A stretch of 64,000 nt of DNA from the human T2T-CHM13v2.0 reference genome, Homo sapiens. Below are positions 15,937-29,619 of this stretch, piece after piece; within the stretch, counting starts at the first letter, position 1; every line of letters begins with the position of its first letter. The notes beneath the pieces were generated by a model. That model ran no database searches, was not told the DNA's origin, and was given only the letters and a program-made list of their open reading frames with translations. The DNA lies in the NCBI RefSeq assembly GCF_009914755.1, contig NC_060933.1, one strand, 5' to 3'. Both the position numbers and the translations under genes were made by a program.

Positions 15937-16833
15937 TGGTAGTTATTAATTTGTCATTAGTATTATTTAACAAAACTCTATTCCCCTCTCTTTCTAAATA
16001 CCAGAAATAGCACTTCCCCATACACTTTGAAATAGTTTATCAATTAGCTTTTGCTGTGTAACAAACCATTCCAAAACCTAGTAGCCTAACAACAACCATT
16101 CATTGGTCCATGAATTGGCAGTTTGGGCTGGGCTCAGTTGCGCCGTTCTTTGCTGGTCTCACCTACATTCTCATGTGACTTCCACTGACTGGCAGGTTGA
16201 TAGGGGATGGTGGGCTCTACAATATGGTTTCACACACCTGATGGCTGGTGCTGGCTGTTGGCTGGAGTGACTGTGGGCCATGGGTCTCTGGCAGTCTAGA
16301 CTGAGCTTATTTACATATTGTTGATTATGGGGTTTCCAGGAGTAGCAAGAGAGGGCAAGCTCTCTGTACAAGCACTTTTCAAGTCTCTGCTTGCATTGAA
16401 TTTGTTATTTTCCCATTGGCCAAAGCAAATCACAGAGCCACCCAGAGTCACTGTGGGTGGGGACTACCCAAAGGCATGGATACAGGGAGGAAATAACAAG
16501 TCACAGGCCATGCTGCAGCCATCTATGACAGTTAGTGAGGGATGGCTGTGTAGATTGCTCAGGTGAAATGTGACCAGAAGTGGTACATGTCACTTTTTGG
16601 CAAAAGTCTTTTGAGAGCCAGTGAGCTACTCACCATACCCTCTTTTCTTGCCTCAGAGATTATAGAAGTCTTGTGTTTCTATATATCTGGGTTCCTGTGT
16701 GGCTACAGTAAACAGAGACCTCCTGCCTACCCACATCAGACATGTCACAGAGTGAGAAGCAAGCTCTGTAGGCTACAGAGATCTGGGGTATGTTTGTTAC
16801 CACAGCATAAACTAGTCTATCCTGACTGATACA
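15937..16833. mobile_element. Nested old MLT1 LTRs (MLT1J-like host, second MLT1 at about 16038-16530)
   Basis: Host end tttgttaccacagcataaactagtctatcctgactgataca; insert begins tatcaattagcttttgctgtgtaacaaacc. Confidence 0.65.
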
Positions 16834-17026
16834 TAATCCAATGCTGAGTCCTGAAGGATTACAAGAGTTAGCAACGTGAAGAGTAAGAAGAGAAAAAAGC
16901 ATGATGGACATAGATAATAACATATGCGAAATCATGGAAGCAAAAAGGAGCAAGAGCATGGTAAATTCAGGCAACTGGGAGGGAGTTTGATCTGACTGGA
17001 GCATAAAAGGGGAGGAGTGAAGAAGT

Positions 17027-17402
17027 TATCTTAGTTAGCTTGGGTTTCCATAGCAAAATACCATAGAGTAGCTGGCTTAACCAAGATAAATTGTTTTTTT
17101 TTTCTTACAATTCTGGAGGCTGGAAGTCCAAGATCAGAGTGCCAGCACGGTCATTTCTGATGAGAGCTCTCTTCCTGGCTTGCAAATGGTCACATTCTTG
17201 CTATGTCCTCAGATAGCTGAGAGGGAGAAAGAAACCTCTCTCTTCCTCTTCTTATAAGGTTATAATCCTATCTGCTTAGGGCCCACCCTTATGACATAAT
17301 TAACCTTAATTACTCCTAAAATATCAGTCTCAAGATAGAGTCCCATTCAGGGTTAGAGCTTCAACATATGGGTTTTAGGGGGAAATAATTCAGTCCAAAG
17401 CA
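17027..17402 (-). mobile_element. MLT1A-like LTR inside an L2 fragment
   Basis: ttctggaggctggaagtccaagatcagagtgccagca...gggcccacccttatgac...aattcagtccaaagca. Confidence 0.8.
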
Positions 17403-17616
17403 GTAATGAAAGATGAGGCTGGGAAGATAGAGAAGCCCGGTCATGGCAGGTCTTAGAGGTCGTGGTCAGCCCTTAAGATTTTATCCTGAGCAGAAGGGAA
17501 GCCTCTGATAGGTTTTAAGGCTATGGATGGTTCTACTGTCTAGAAAGGTCACTCCAACTGCTGCCCTCACTTCTCACGTTCAGTAGATTCTCAAGCAGCA
17601 CCACTTTGTGGACCCC

Positions 17617-17980
17617 TGTATTAATCTGCCCTCAAGCTGCTGATAAGGACATACCAAAGACTGGGTAATTTATAAAGGAAAGAAGTTTAATTGATTCACA
17701 GTTTCACATGGCTAGGGAGGCCTCACAATCATGGTGGAAAGCAAATAAGGAGCAAAGTCACATCTTACACGGTGGCAGGCAAGAGAGCATGTGCCTGGGA
17801 ACTCCCCTTTTTAAAACCATCAGATCCCATGAGATTTATTCACTATCATAAGAACAGCACAGGAAAGACCCTCCCTCATGATTCAATTGCCTCCCACCAG
17901 GTCCCTCCCACAACACATGGGAATTATGAAAGTTACAATTCAAGATGAGATTTGGGTGGGGATACAGCCAAACTATATCA
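17617..17980 (-). mobile_element. THE1B/C solo LTR
   Basis: tgtatt...cagccaaactatatca; TSD acccc/acccc. Confidence 0.9.
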
Positions 17981-18754
17981 ACCCCCATAGCTGGTCTGTA
18001 GTTTTAACATGATTTCTGGGTTCTACCTGTCTGTCCCAGTGACAGGCAGTCCCAGCTCTGCCTCAGTGGGTGGGGAAGTTTCAGAGTCCCTGCCAAGGGG
18101 TCTCTTCCTGCCTCCAAGCATGACCTCTCCAAGTAGAAGTCAGGCAAAAGCTCCATTCTCAGTCCAGTGGAAAGTCACCTCTGATAAAACCACCTTAAAT
18201 TCCAGCTTTTCCTGTGCTCTGTGACATACTGAGTCACTAGAAGTCTGGAAAAGAAAAATCAGAGCATGCTTTTGCTTTGATTAGCTAGTTATCCTGTAGG
18301 TGCCTTTATTATTAGACCTCAGTTCAAATCTTGGCTGCTGCACTTCAAGCTGGTTTTCTTGAGCAAGCTACTGCACATCACAGAGTCTGTTTCCTCATCT
18401 AAACATAACCATAATAATAACAATGTAACAGGGCTGTTGGAAGAATTAACTCTAAGATAGATGTAGAGTACAGAGTACAGTGCCTGCCTGTCACATTATC
18501 CATTCTCAGCATGCAATCCACTATTATTAGTATTACTGTTATTAACAACAAGTCAAGACTTTTTACCAACCATTTCCCATGGATCCAGCTTTGTGTCATA
18601 CTAAAAGATACAAAGACATGAACCATTGTGGATAATGGAGAATCATTATCCAATTCTGTCTCCTCCTGCTGAAGTCTGGGTCAGTTTTGAAGCTTCAAGG
18701 TAGATCATTGGTCCAGGGGAAGCTGCCAGAAATGAGTAAAAGGAGTATGGGGCA

Positions 18755-21043
18755 TGCATTAGTCTGTTTTTATGCCGCTGATAAAGACATACCCAAGACT
18801 GGGAAGAAAAAGGGGTTTAATGGACTTACAGTTCCACATTGCTGGAGAGGCCTCACAATCACGGCAGAAGGCAATGAAGAGCAAGTCACGTCTTACATGG
18901 GGCAGCAGGCAAAAAGAAGAGAGAGCTTGCACAGGGAAACTCCCATTTTTAAAACCATCAGATCTTGTGAGACTCATTTACTATCATGAGAACAGCACAG
19001 GAAAGATCCACCCCTATAATTCAATCACCTCTAACTTGGTCTCTCCCGTGACAGTGGGAATTGTGGGAGTTACAATTCAAGATGAAGTTTGGGTAAGGAC
19101 ACAGCCAAGCCATATCATTCCACCACTGGCCCCTCCAAATCTCATGTCCTCACATTTCAAAACCAGTCATGCCTTCTCAACAGTCCCCCAAACTCTTAGC
19201 TCTTTTCAGCATTAACTCAAAAGTCCACAGTCCAAAGTCTTATCTGAGACAAGGCAAGTCCCTTCCAACTATGAGCCTGTAAAATCAAAAGCAAGCTAGT
19301 TACTTCCTAGATACAATGAGGTGTTCAGGTATTGGGTAAATACAGCCATTCCAAGTGGGAGAAATTGACCAAAATAAAAGGGCTACAGGTCCCACGCAAG
19401 TCCAAAATCCATCAGGGCAGTCAAATCTTAAAGCTCCAAAATGATCTCCTTTGACTCTGTGTCTCACATCCAGGTCACACTGACACAGGAGGTGGGTTCC
19501 CACAGCCTTGGGCAGCTCTGCCCCTGTAGCTTTGCAGGGTATAGCCCCACTCCTTCCTGCTTTCATGGGCTGGCATTGAGTGTCTGTGACTTTTCCAGGC
19601 ACACAGTACAAACTGTTGGTGAATCTACCATTCTGGGGTCTGGATGATGGTGACCCTTTTCTCACAGCTCCACTAGGTGATGTCCCAGTAGGGACCCTAC
19701 ATGGAGGCTCTGACCCACATTTCCCTTCTGAACTGCCCTGGAAGAGGTTCTCCATGAGGGCTCTGCCCCTGCAGCAAACTTCTGCCTGGAGATCTAGGAG
19801 TTTCCTTACATCTTCTGAAATCTAAATGGAGGTTCCCAAACATCAATTCTTGACTTCTGTGTACTTGCAGCCTCAACACCACGTGGAAGCTCCCAAGGCT
19901 TCGGGTTTGCACCCTCTGAATCCACAGCTCAAGTGCTATATTGATTCATTTCAGTCACAGCTGGAGTGGCTGGGATGCAGGGCACCAAGTCCCTAGACTG
20001 CACACAGCTTGGAGACCCTCAGCCTGGCCCACAAAACCACTTTTTCCTCCTAGGCCTCTGGGCCTGTGATGGGAGGAGCTGCCATGAAGACAGTGGAGAC
20101 ATTTTCCCCATTGTCTTGGTGATTAACATTTGGCTCCTTGTTACTTATGCAAAATTTCTGCAGCTGACTTGAATTTTCTCCTCAGAAAATTGGATATTCT
20201 TTTCCATTGCATTGTCAGGCTGCAAATTTTCCAAACTTTTATTCTGTTTCCCTTTTGAATGGAAATGCTTTAACAGCACCAAGTCACTTCTTGAATACCT
20301 TGCTGCTTAAAAATGTCTTCTGCCAGATATCCTAAATCATCTCTCAAGTTCAAAGTTCCACAAGTCTCTAGGGCAGGGACAAAAACCCGCCAGTCTCTTT
20401 TGTAAAACATAACAAGAGTCACCTTTGTTCCAGTTCCCAAGAAGTTCCTCATCTCCATCTAAGACCACCTCAGCCTGGATTTCATTGTCCATATCATTAT
20501 CAACATTTTGGTCAAAGCAATTCAACAGGTCTCTATGGAGTTCCAAACATTTCCATATTTTTCTGTCTTCTAAGCCCTCCAAGCTGTTCCAACCTCTGCC
20601 TATTACCCAGTCCCAAAGTCGCTTTCACATTTTCAGGTATCTTTTCAGGAGAGCCCCCACCCTCTCTACTGGTACCAGTTTACTGTATTAGTCCATTTTC
20701 ATGCTGCTGATAAAGACATACCCAAGACTGGGAAGCAAAAGAGGTTTAATGGACTTACAGTTCCATGTGGCTAGGAGGCCTCACAATCACGGCAAAAGGC
20801 AAGGAGAAGCAAGTCACCTCTTACATGGAGAGCAGCAGGCAAAGAGAGAGCTTGTGCAGGGAAACTCCCATTTTTAAAACCACCAGATCTCATGAGACTC
20901 ATTCGCTGTCACAAGAACAGCACAGGAAACACCCACCCCTATAATTCAACCACCTCCCACTAGGTCCCTCCCACAGCATGTGGGAATTGTGGGAGTTGCA
21001 ATTCAAGATGAGATTTGGATGGGGACACAGCCAAACCATATCA
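18755..21043 (-). mobile_element. Full-length THE1 (A/B-type) provirus (3'LTR 18755-19117, internal 19118-20683, 5'LTR 20684-21043)
   Basis: Paired LTRs and THE1-int with decayed ORF (20337-20582); TSD gggca/gggct. Confidence 0.93.
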
Positions 21044-21525
21044 GGGCTTGATAGAGGAACATGAGTTTTGACCCAAACAGGTTTCTATCTGTGACCAAAT
21101 GCTCCATGTTGTGGTCCCTGCCTCATTGCCCTGGTATCTTTTCTGTTGAAGCTGACCTTTAGCATTGGTATCCCAGTTCATCCATATCTCCTCCTCATTC
21201 CCATTCCCTGCTATCCATCTTCCAGCCCACTCTAGGATAGGGTCGAAGATGCCCCTTACAGCAGCCATCTCTGGCTTTGTATTTAGCCTCGGTGGATACA
21301 AAGCCTGTGGATAGCCTCGGTGAATGAAGCCTGTGACCCTGGCTCCATATTCTCCACCGACTCCATCTTGGGTGGGAAAAGTCTAGGATATGTGTCCAGT
21401 GAAGGACTCTAGGCAAGTTATTGGGTGGGAGGAGAGCCCCATGGAGGTATCTCTGAAGACTTGCTGAATGATTTGGGTTGAGGTTGGTCTTAAAAGATTA
21501 GCTAAGGAGACAAAAAAGGCTGGGG

Positions 21526-21820
21526 TACTGTTTTCCCAAAGGTTTTATAAAGAACACTTGTTCTTTGGGGTATCAATAGATAAGAATTACATAAGAAAGG
21601 GGTTCTCAAGTCAAAAAAGATTTTGGAAATATGTATTAGACAAAGTGAAATAGGTACATTAATACAAGATGTCTCAGAACCTTTCCCATGCTAACACACA
21701 CTGTGCTTCTCCCAGAGAAGGACAAAATGTTTAGCATTCCCCAAATGTGTGGGACCTTGCAAGCTTTTTCTCATCGCAGAGCATCTCTGTTGATCAATGT
21801 GCCACAAAGCGCATTATTTA
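21526..21820. mobile_element. MER103-like hAT element
   Basis: tgttttcccaaag...gaacacttgttct...ggggttctcaagtcaaaaaagattttggaaa...tttagcattccccaaa. Confidence 0.5.
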
Positions 21821-22041
21821 TAGGGATTTTGTAAGAGCAAAGGCTGGAGGCTGGATTTGGAAATACGGTTTTGAAGAGGGCAAGCAAATTCCTCTAGAGC
21901 AGAGGGTGAGGAAATGTGAGAAGAGATAAAACTGGAAAGGTAAATAGAGGCTAGACTATTGATCATTCAGGAAGTTGCCTAAAAGATGACTCTTTCATAT
22001 GTGTCATGTGCCACCCTGGACCTAGATTCAAGTGAGATTCA

Positions 22042-22190
22042 CTATCACCATTGTCATTGTCATTATCAATAACACCATCATCTTCACCTTCATCATTATC
22101 ACATCATAATTGTCATCATTATCAACATGATTATTAGCAATACCGTTAGCACTGCCATCATCATCATCATCATCATTATCATCATCATTG
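22042..22190 (+). repeat. Degenerate (CAT)n low-complexity tract
   Basis: catcatcatcatcatcattatcatcatcatt. Confidence 0.85.
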
Positions 22191-22542
22191 TAGCACAAGC
22201 CTCTTTTGAAGAGCTCTGTGACTCTAGGAGCTGTACTTAAGAAAATAACACTGGGCATGGAGTCAAACACGAATTGGAGTCCCAACTTCATCATTAACTG
22301 TTTGTGTATGTTTATGTAGTTTCCAGAAGGCATTTAGTTTCTAGAAGTCTTTGTTTCCTCACCTGGATAATGATGTGTGAAGTTTAAATTGAAAGAATCA
22401 ATGAGAAAATACTCTATCAATACTAAATAGTAAGGAGATTCTGTTCTCATTAATATTATTTTGCATCTCGCCTGATCTACCTTGTGCCTGATTTTCCCAG
22501 AATATTACCCTAAACTCAGACCTCAGCTCCTGTGGCAAAGTT

Positions 22543-22695
22543 GCTTCATGTTAATTTGTTTACGTTTGTAAAGTCCCTATCTCCAATATAAGGTCATATT
22601 CTGAGGTAATGGGGGTTAAGACTGCAACATATCAATTTTGGTAGACACAATTTAACACCTAACATGTGGCTAGCAGCTATCATCTCAACATCTCA
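22543..22695. mobile_element. MLT1C-end / MER3-end chimeric fragment
   Basis: aaggtcatattctgaggtaatgggggttaagactgcaacatat...cctaaca then tgtggctagcagctatcat. Confidence 0.65.
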
Positions 22696-24433
22696 ACAAC
22701 TTACCTAATGTGGTGGGGAAAATGTGGTCTCAAATCCTCCCAAGCTCTGTGACTTCAAATGAGTCATCTTCCCTCTCTAAGCCTGTTTCCTTGTATGGAA
22801 AAATAAAATCATAAGGTTGTTGTGAGTATTCTATGAGATAATGAATGTTAAGTGTTTGACACATAGAGGGTACTTCATAGATGTTCATTCTTCTTCCCCC
22901 ATTACTCCTTTAAGGATACTGTTAACATGGGACAGCCGATACAGCAACAGGGAGGGAGGGAGGGAGTTAGAGATAGTCATGACATTTAATCCGTTTGTTT
23001 TCCAGATGGGAATACTACAACCTAAAAAACGGAACTGACTTGTGCTGGCTTGCTCAGTGAGGCCCTGGACAAATTTAGACTCATAGGATATAGGTCCTCT
23101 GACTTCAGATCAGGGACCTGGACCTTTGGATTCGACCACAGCAGTGCAAGAGGAGAGTAACCCCCTCTTTCCTCATTTGCAGTGTGTGTATGACTAAGAA
23201 TTCCTGAAAGAAAGTAACTGGTGCAGACAGCTCTAAAATGAGAGAAGGACTGCCAACAGCTGGAGACATGAGGAGGGGGAGAATTAGTGTTATCTACCCA
23301 AATACACATAGGAAAGCATCATTTCATCTGCAGTTGCCTCAGTTATAAATAGAATTCTCCTTTCCAGCCACAGTTACTTCAATAGCCAGCCTAATGTCCT
23401 GTGGAAGGGACGTGTGCCTTGCATGCATGAGCTGTTATTGATTTCCCCACAAAGGCCAATTTGGGGATGCCAGACAGCATGCATAGAAAAGTTAAAGCAA
23501 AATGCTAGCTAAACTGCTGCACACAAAGGGAGCGTGTTCCATCCATTGGTGGGTAAATGGGAGGCTGGTTAATCTCGGGCAGAGAGGCAGGGTTCCAAGC
23601 CAGCTATGTAAGTTGTGGCTTTGGAAGAGCACAGTGGAAGATGGTGCTGTGAGCAGGGCAGACCACCAGACTAGAAATAGGGAAACCTGAATTTCAGTCC
23701 CAGATCTGCCAATGGTTCACCCAAATCCTTTAAATCAACCCAATTCCCCAACACATAGTGCAAAGAGCAAAGGAAGGTGTGTAGGATAAAAGTGATCAGA
23801 ATCACTGCTATTTATTAGTACTTGTTTTTACCCATTCATTAATCTCCTACTATGTTCTAGGCACTGTGCTAGATACAGACATTGTCCCAGCTCTCTCAAT
23901 ATGTAGAAACTGGTAGAGGAGATTTGGAGTAAACATTTAATAATACCTCCAAAAATTATACCTTTATGTCACTTCAAATTACTATAAATGTTATAAAGGA
24001 GAAATGGTTCTCTTCTGGAGTGGGAAAGTAGCAGTCAAGGGAGGCTTCTATGAGGAAGTGTTATCTCATATGAATTATAAAGAGTAAACAAGAGAATAAG
24101 AGCAAAAAATTAGGTGATAATTTTCAAGTAAAGGGAGCATCAGTCAGGCCCTCTGCTGAGCTTACATAATCACATTTCATTCTCAAATCAATCCTTTGAG
24201 GTTGGTTTTATAATTACACCCAATTTATAAGACAAGAGTTGGGTCAAAGACAGCTTGACCAATCTGCCCCAAACCACACAATGCATAAGTTGTAGACATG
24301 GAAAGCTGGGATGAATCCAGGAATGTTGAATTTAAAAGTTTCATTGCCTTGGCTGCTGTAAGCCACTACTTCCAGACTACTCAGATCATCTTCCCACTCT
24401 CCCTGGTCTTCATATTCAAACTCTCTGCCACCC

Positions 24434-24858
24434 TGTGTTAGTCAGCTATGATGGCAATAATGCTGTATAACAAACAGCCTCAAGGTGCTGGTGGTTTACA
24501 ATCCTTGCAGGTTCTCAGGGCTTCATATGGGATCACTGGGCTCAGCTGGGCTTGACTCCAGGCTGTGGGTAAAGTTCAAGTATGCTCCTTATATCTTTAT
24601 TCAAGAGCCAGAGGCTACCCGGGCTATGTTCTTTCCCACAGTGAACTACAGGAGTACAAGAGACCATCCTAAATCACACAAGAACACTTAAAATCTCTGC
24701 TCATATAATGTCTTCCAGCATTTCATTGGCCAACGCAAGTCACATGAGCAAGACCAAAACTACTGGGAAAGAGAAATATGCTCTGAAAACTAACTACTGC
24801 AAGGTCAAATGGCAAAAGACATGCATGCAAAATTAGTTAAAGTTATCCATTCCACCAC
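24434..24858 (-). mobile_element. Old MLT1 LTR
   Basis: tgtgttagtcagctat...aatgctgtataacaaac...cattggccaacgcaagtcacatg. Confidence 0.7.
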
Positions 24859-25167
24859 ACTCTCTGACACCTTGTCCCCTAACTTCTACTTCAGATCTTC
24901 TATAGAAAAATTCCTCACTTGATTCTTCCTTTTCCTCCTGGGAACACTACTGAACTATAATTTTCAAGCTTCCTTTCTTTTAGGAGGGACCACGTGACTT
25001 GCTCTGGCCAATGGGCTGTGGGCAGAATTGTTGCTTACTTCTTCCAGGCCTAGATCTAAAATCTGCCAAGCAATCCTCTCCTTTGTTTCTCCTCAATGTC
25101 AGTTGTCTGGAGGCAAATGATCTGATAAAGGACTCCAAGGCTCAGCTGGAAGAAGCTTGAATCTTTA

Positions 25168-25425
25168 CTTTTTTTTCTCTCTCTTTTTTTTTTTTGAGAC
25201 AGGGTCTTACTCTGTCACCCAGACTGGAGTGATCATGGCTCAATGTAGCCTCAACCTCCCAGGCTCAGGTGATTCTCCCATCTCAGACTCCCAAGTACTG
25301 GGACTACAGGCACATGCCACCACATTGAGCTAACTTTTGTATGTTTTGTAGAGGGAAGGTTTCACTATGTTGCCCAGATTGTTCTTGAACTCCTGGGCTA
25401 CAGCAATCCACCCACTTTGGCATCC
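25168..25425 (-). mobile_element. 5'-truncated AluJ inside an MLT1 LTR
   Basis: gagacagggtcttactctgtcacccag...atcatggctca...tatgttgcccag...ctcctgggct. Confidence 0.85.
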
Positions 25426-25544
25426 ATTTTGCTTGAAGGAGAGAGCCCAGGAGAGCCCACCTGACTAACACAAGCCACACTAGGCTTTTTGGAAACAAGA
25501 AATAAACTTTTTGCATTAAGCCTCTGAGACCTAAGGATTGATTT

Positions 25545-25907
25545 TATATTAGTCCATTGTTACAATGCTGATAAAGACATACCTAGGACTGGGTAATTTA
25601 TAATGAAAAAGAGGTGTAATGTACTCACAGTTCCACATGGCTGTGGAGGCCTCACAATCATGGCAGAAGGTGAAAGGCACTTCTTACATGGTGACAGCAA
25701 AGAGGGAATGACAGAGCCAAATGAAAGGGGAAACCCCTTATAAAATCATCAGATCTCATGGGACTTATTCATTACCACGAGAAGAGTATGGAGGAAACTG
25801 CCCCATTATTCAATGATCTCTCACCAGGTCCCTCCTACGACACATAGGAATTATGGGAGCTACAATTCAAGATGAGATTTCAGTGGGGACACAGCCAAAC
25901 CATATCA
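25545..25907 (-). mobile_element. THE1C-like solo LTR
   Basis: tatattagtcc...cagccaaaccatatca; TSD gattt/gattt. Confidence 0.9.
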
Positions 25908-27163
25908 GATTTCATAGCAGCCAACTCTAATACATCCTTCCCCTTTCTGGGTAGGCTGAACCAGAGTCTGGTTTCAACTTTCCAAGCCTCTTCTCTTGGC
26001 TCCCATATAGTGAACCTATCAGCCTTCAACTGTAGTTGGTGATTCCTCAGCATCCATGTCAGAGAAGAGATGAGAACAATTCCTATTCATATTTTAGCCT
26101 CCGTTTCCCCATCTGTGCAGACACTAAACGACACCTCAGGGCCCCTCTGACTCTGATATTTGCCCTTTATCAGACCAGAATGGATGATGTGTATACTTAA
26201 TTAAATGAGTTTGAGGACCGAAGAGAGGTCAACGTGCAAGGCTGGAAACTAGAGAAACTCCCGGGAGAGGACTCATCCTAGAGGAAGAAGGAGGAGGATC
26301 CTCAACTAAACAAAGCCTTAGTTTTCCCCGAGGAAGAGTGATTGTGCATATACCCTGATGGCTGTAGTCTGCCCAGAGCAGCCCCTGAGTACATGTTTAA
26401 ATCCTAAGGTGAGAGAAGGACCGTGCTTCACTAAAAACAAATAAATATCCAAAGAGTTGCTCCGTAAACTCTGTGGTGCACTGGAACCTAAACAGCACTG
26501 CCTTGCCCTTTTTCCCACCTCAGCGAGTAACCCCCATGAGGAGCAAGGTACCCCCCTCCCATCTCACCATAGTCCACTACCAGGATATCAGCTCTTCTAA
26601 AGTTGTTTGGTCCAAGCTCCTTTAAGGAAACCTCTCAAAAGGAGTGAAGAACACTGACCAGTGTCCCTGATCATCATAACTCATGTCATTTCCTAATGGA
26701 AATTGTTTTGGTTCCTCTCCACTGATTAGCAGTGAGAGAGAATTAGAGAGTATGGATTTGGGAGAATAGAAAAGCTATTCTCCCAAAGCAAGTAGAGAAG
26801 CCAGAGAAGCCCAAGCAAGGAGAGAAGGAAGTAGAGCACCCAGGGCAGGCATAGAAGAACAGAGGGTAGTGCAAGGAGCCCTTCTGGACCTGAGAAGGGA
26901 GTTAGCAAAGCATAGACAGCATCTGCTGAAGGTCATCAGAAGAGCTTTCTTTGGGGACCCAGTCAAGCCTGTTTCAGGTAGGGCCCTTCATTAAATGTCC
27001 TGGGTGTATCATGGCACTTCCTTGAACCCTTGTGTCCTTATTTACAAAATAATGCACAAAATAAACCTGCCTTGCTGGAGTATCCTATAGAATGAGATAC
27101 ACTGGAGGTGAAGCACCTGGCATAGAGTAAGTTCTCCATAAATTGCAGCAAGGATAAGGATGG

Positions 27164-27194
<31 letters not shown>

Positions 27195-27787
27195 GGCAGT
27201 GAGTCATGGTTAACTCCATAGTGCCCGCCTGCTCCCATGAGGTTACTTGTGTGTTAGGCCTCACCTGTCTTTATGGAATGAAATCTTATTGACCCCTGTT
27301 GAATTGAGCTGAGTTATCAGGAGCTAAGCAGAGGGAATTTGTATTTTGACTTTGACCCTTGCCCACCTTGAAAGCATGGTGTGCAGTCTGCCATTCTAGA
27401 GCAGATATATTAATATATATTAATACAGATAAATAAGCCATGTAATTAGCACATAGCACACAGCAGTTTAGATTCATCTTACACATCACAACAGACTGTG
27501 TTAAGAGTCCCAATTTTTCACCCCCTCTATATCCACACACTCTGATATGCAAATTTGAAACTCCTCTCGCTGAACAGGTAGAGTCTACTTTCCACCTCTT
27601 GAATTTGGGCCCAGTTGTATGAATTTATTAGAAAGCAGTTGATGTAAGGGTGGGCCAGGTACAAGCTTAGGCCACAAGAAGACTTGCATGTTTTTTGCTC
27701 ATTCTTGGGCTTCTGCCACTCCCATGAGAACATACACAGACAAGCCCACTGGTCCCACAAGGTGGATGAGAGATCCTACAAGCAGAA

Positions 27788-28272
<485 letters not shown>

Positions 28273-29619
28273 CTATTGCCATAGCAATAATTAACAAGAC
28301 ACACACCACTATAGATCCATTGGCCATGACTATCTGGAGTGTTACATTAGGAAAGATTCAGAGTCTACATCCAGGCTAGGCCGAGAAGGGTATCATAATG
28401 GATTCGTGATATCAGCCGTGAGCAGAGAAATACAGAAGAACAGCATACAGAAAATACATTTGCTATCTCTGATTGGCATGTAGCAAAGCAGATATTTTGG
28501 TTGGAGAAGATTTCACCTTTCTACAGGACAAACCCTCTAGTAAGAATTACAATAAAAATAAAATGTAAAGAATCTATTTATTTCTTTGTGAAGACCCTTG
28601 CCTGGAGTCAATTTTCCGATGCATCAATCATGCTCTGAGTATCACTAGAAACCATCTTTACCATCTATCTATTGATCTCTTTGTCCATAATTTTATTCAT
28701 TATCTTTATTCTTAATCAATCTCTCTCTATCTGTCTCTCTCTCTATCTCTTTCTATTCATCACTCTCTCTTTCCCCACTCAAATCCTTACAACTGGAGTG
28801 TTGGGTTCATTCTGCGATCCACATTTTGTAACAGACTGAACAACTATAATTCATGCAGTTGAGAGTGGCCAAGACAGCTCAAGACCCCATAGTCACATCC
28901 TGTTAAAATCAAGGAAAAAAAAATGCTGGCAAAAATCTAGCCACTGACTTCAAATCACTGAAGGGTTTTCTTGGGAAAGAGCAGACCAAGATTGTGTGGC
29001 TCCAAAGGGTTTAACCAAGAGGATCAAAGTTATAAGATGTCATGTTCCGTTCAACAAGGGAAGACATTTCTAACAACTGCAGTGCTTTGAAATTGGATTG
29101 GGTAACCTTGTCAGACAGGGAGCTCTTTTTACGATGCTCATTTGCTCTCCTGAACCATTGCTTGTCTCTGTCCCCATATGTCTGCTGGCCCCATTTGGGT
29201 TGCTTGACTTGTTCTTGTGTGGAAAAATGCAGAGTTGCATACAGTTTCTACTCATAAAGAAGACTGTGTATCATGAAACCCTACACTCTGAGGCTCAGCC
29301 CCCTTATGGTGCTCACACCACCACCTGTCCCACAGCTCTGTCCATCAGAACAAGACAAGCTTCTTCCAGACAAGGTCCCAAGGCTCTTATACCCAAAGTC
29401 AAGACCATCTACTATTGACTTGTTCCTCTTACTTGGGGAAAGACAGTTTGATTATTAGTAGAAATTCAAACATCACTTTGCCCATAATATGCTGACCAGT
29501 ACAAGGTTGCCTCATTCAACAGATATTCTAAGCCAAAAGCATGCCAATCCTGAACCATAAACATGGATAGTGTAACTGTTCCTTCTTGTACTCCAAGGAA
29601 AGAAAATGATGACTCCTAA

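Noticed and set aside
22028-22333. 101-aa ORF with poly-Asp
   Set aside because: Translation of a degenerate (CAT)n tract plus MIR; no supporting gene structure.
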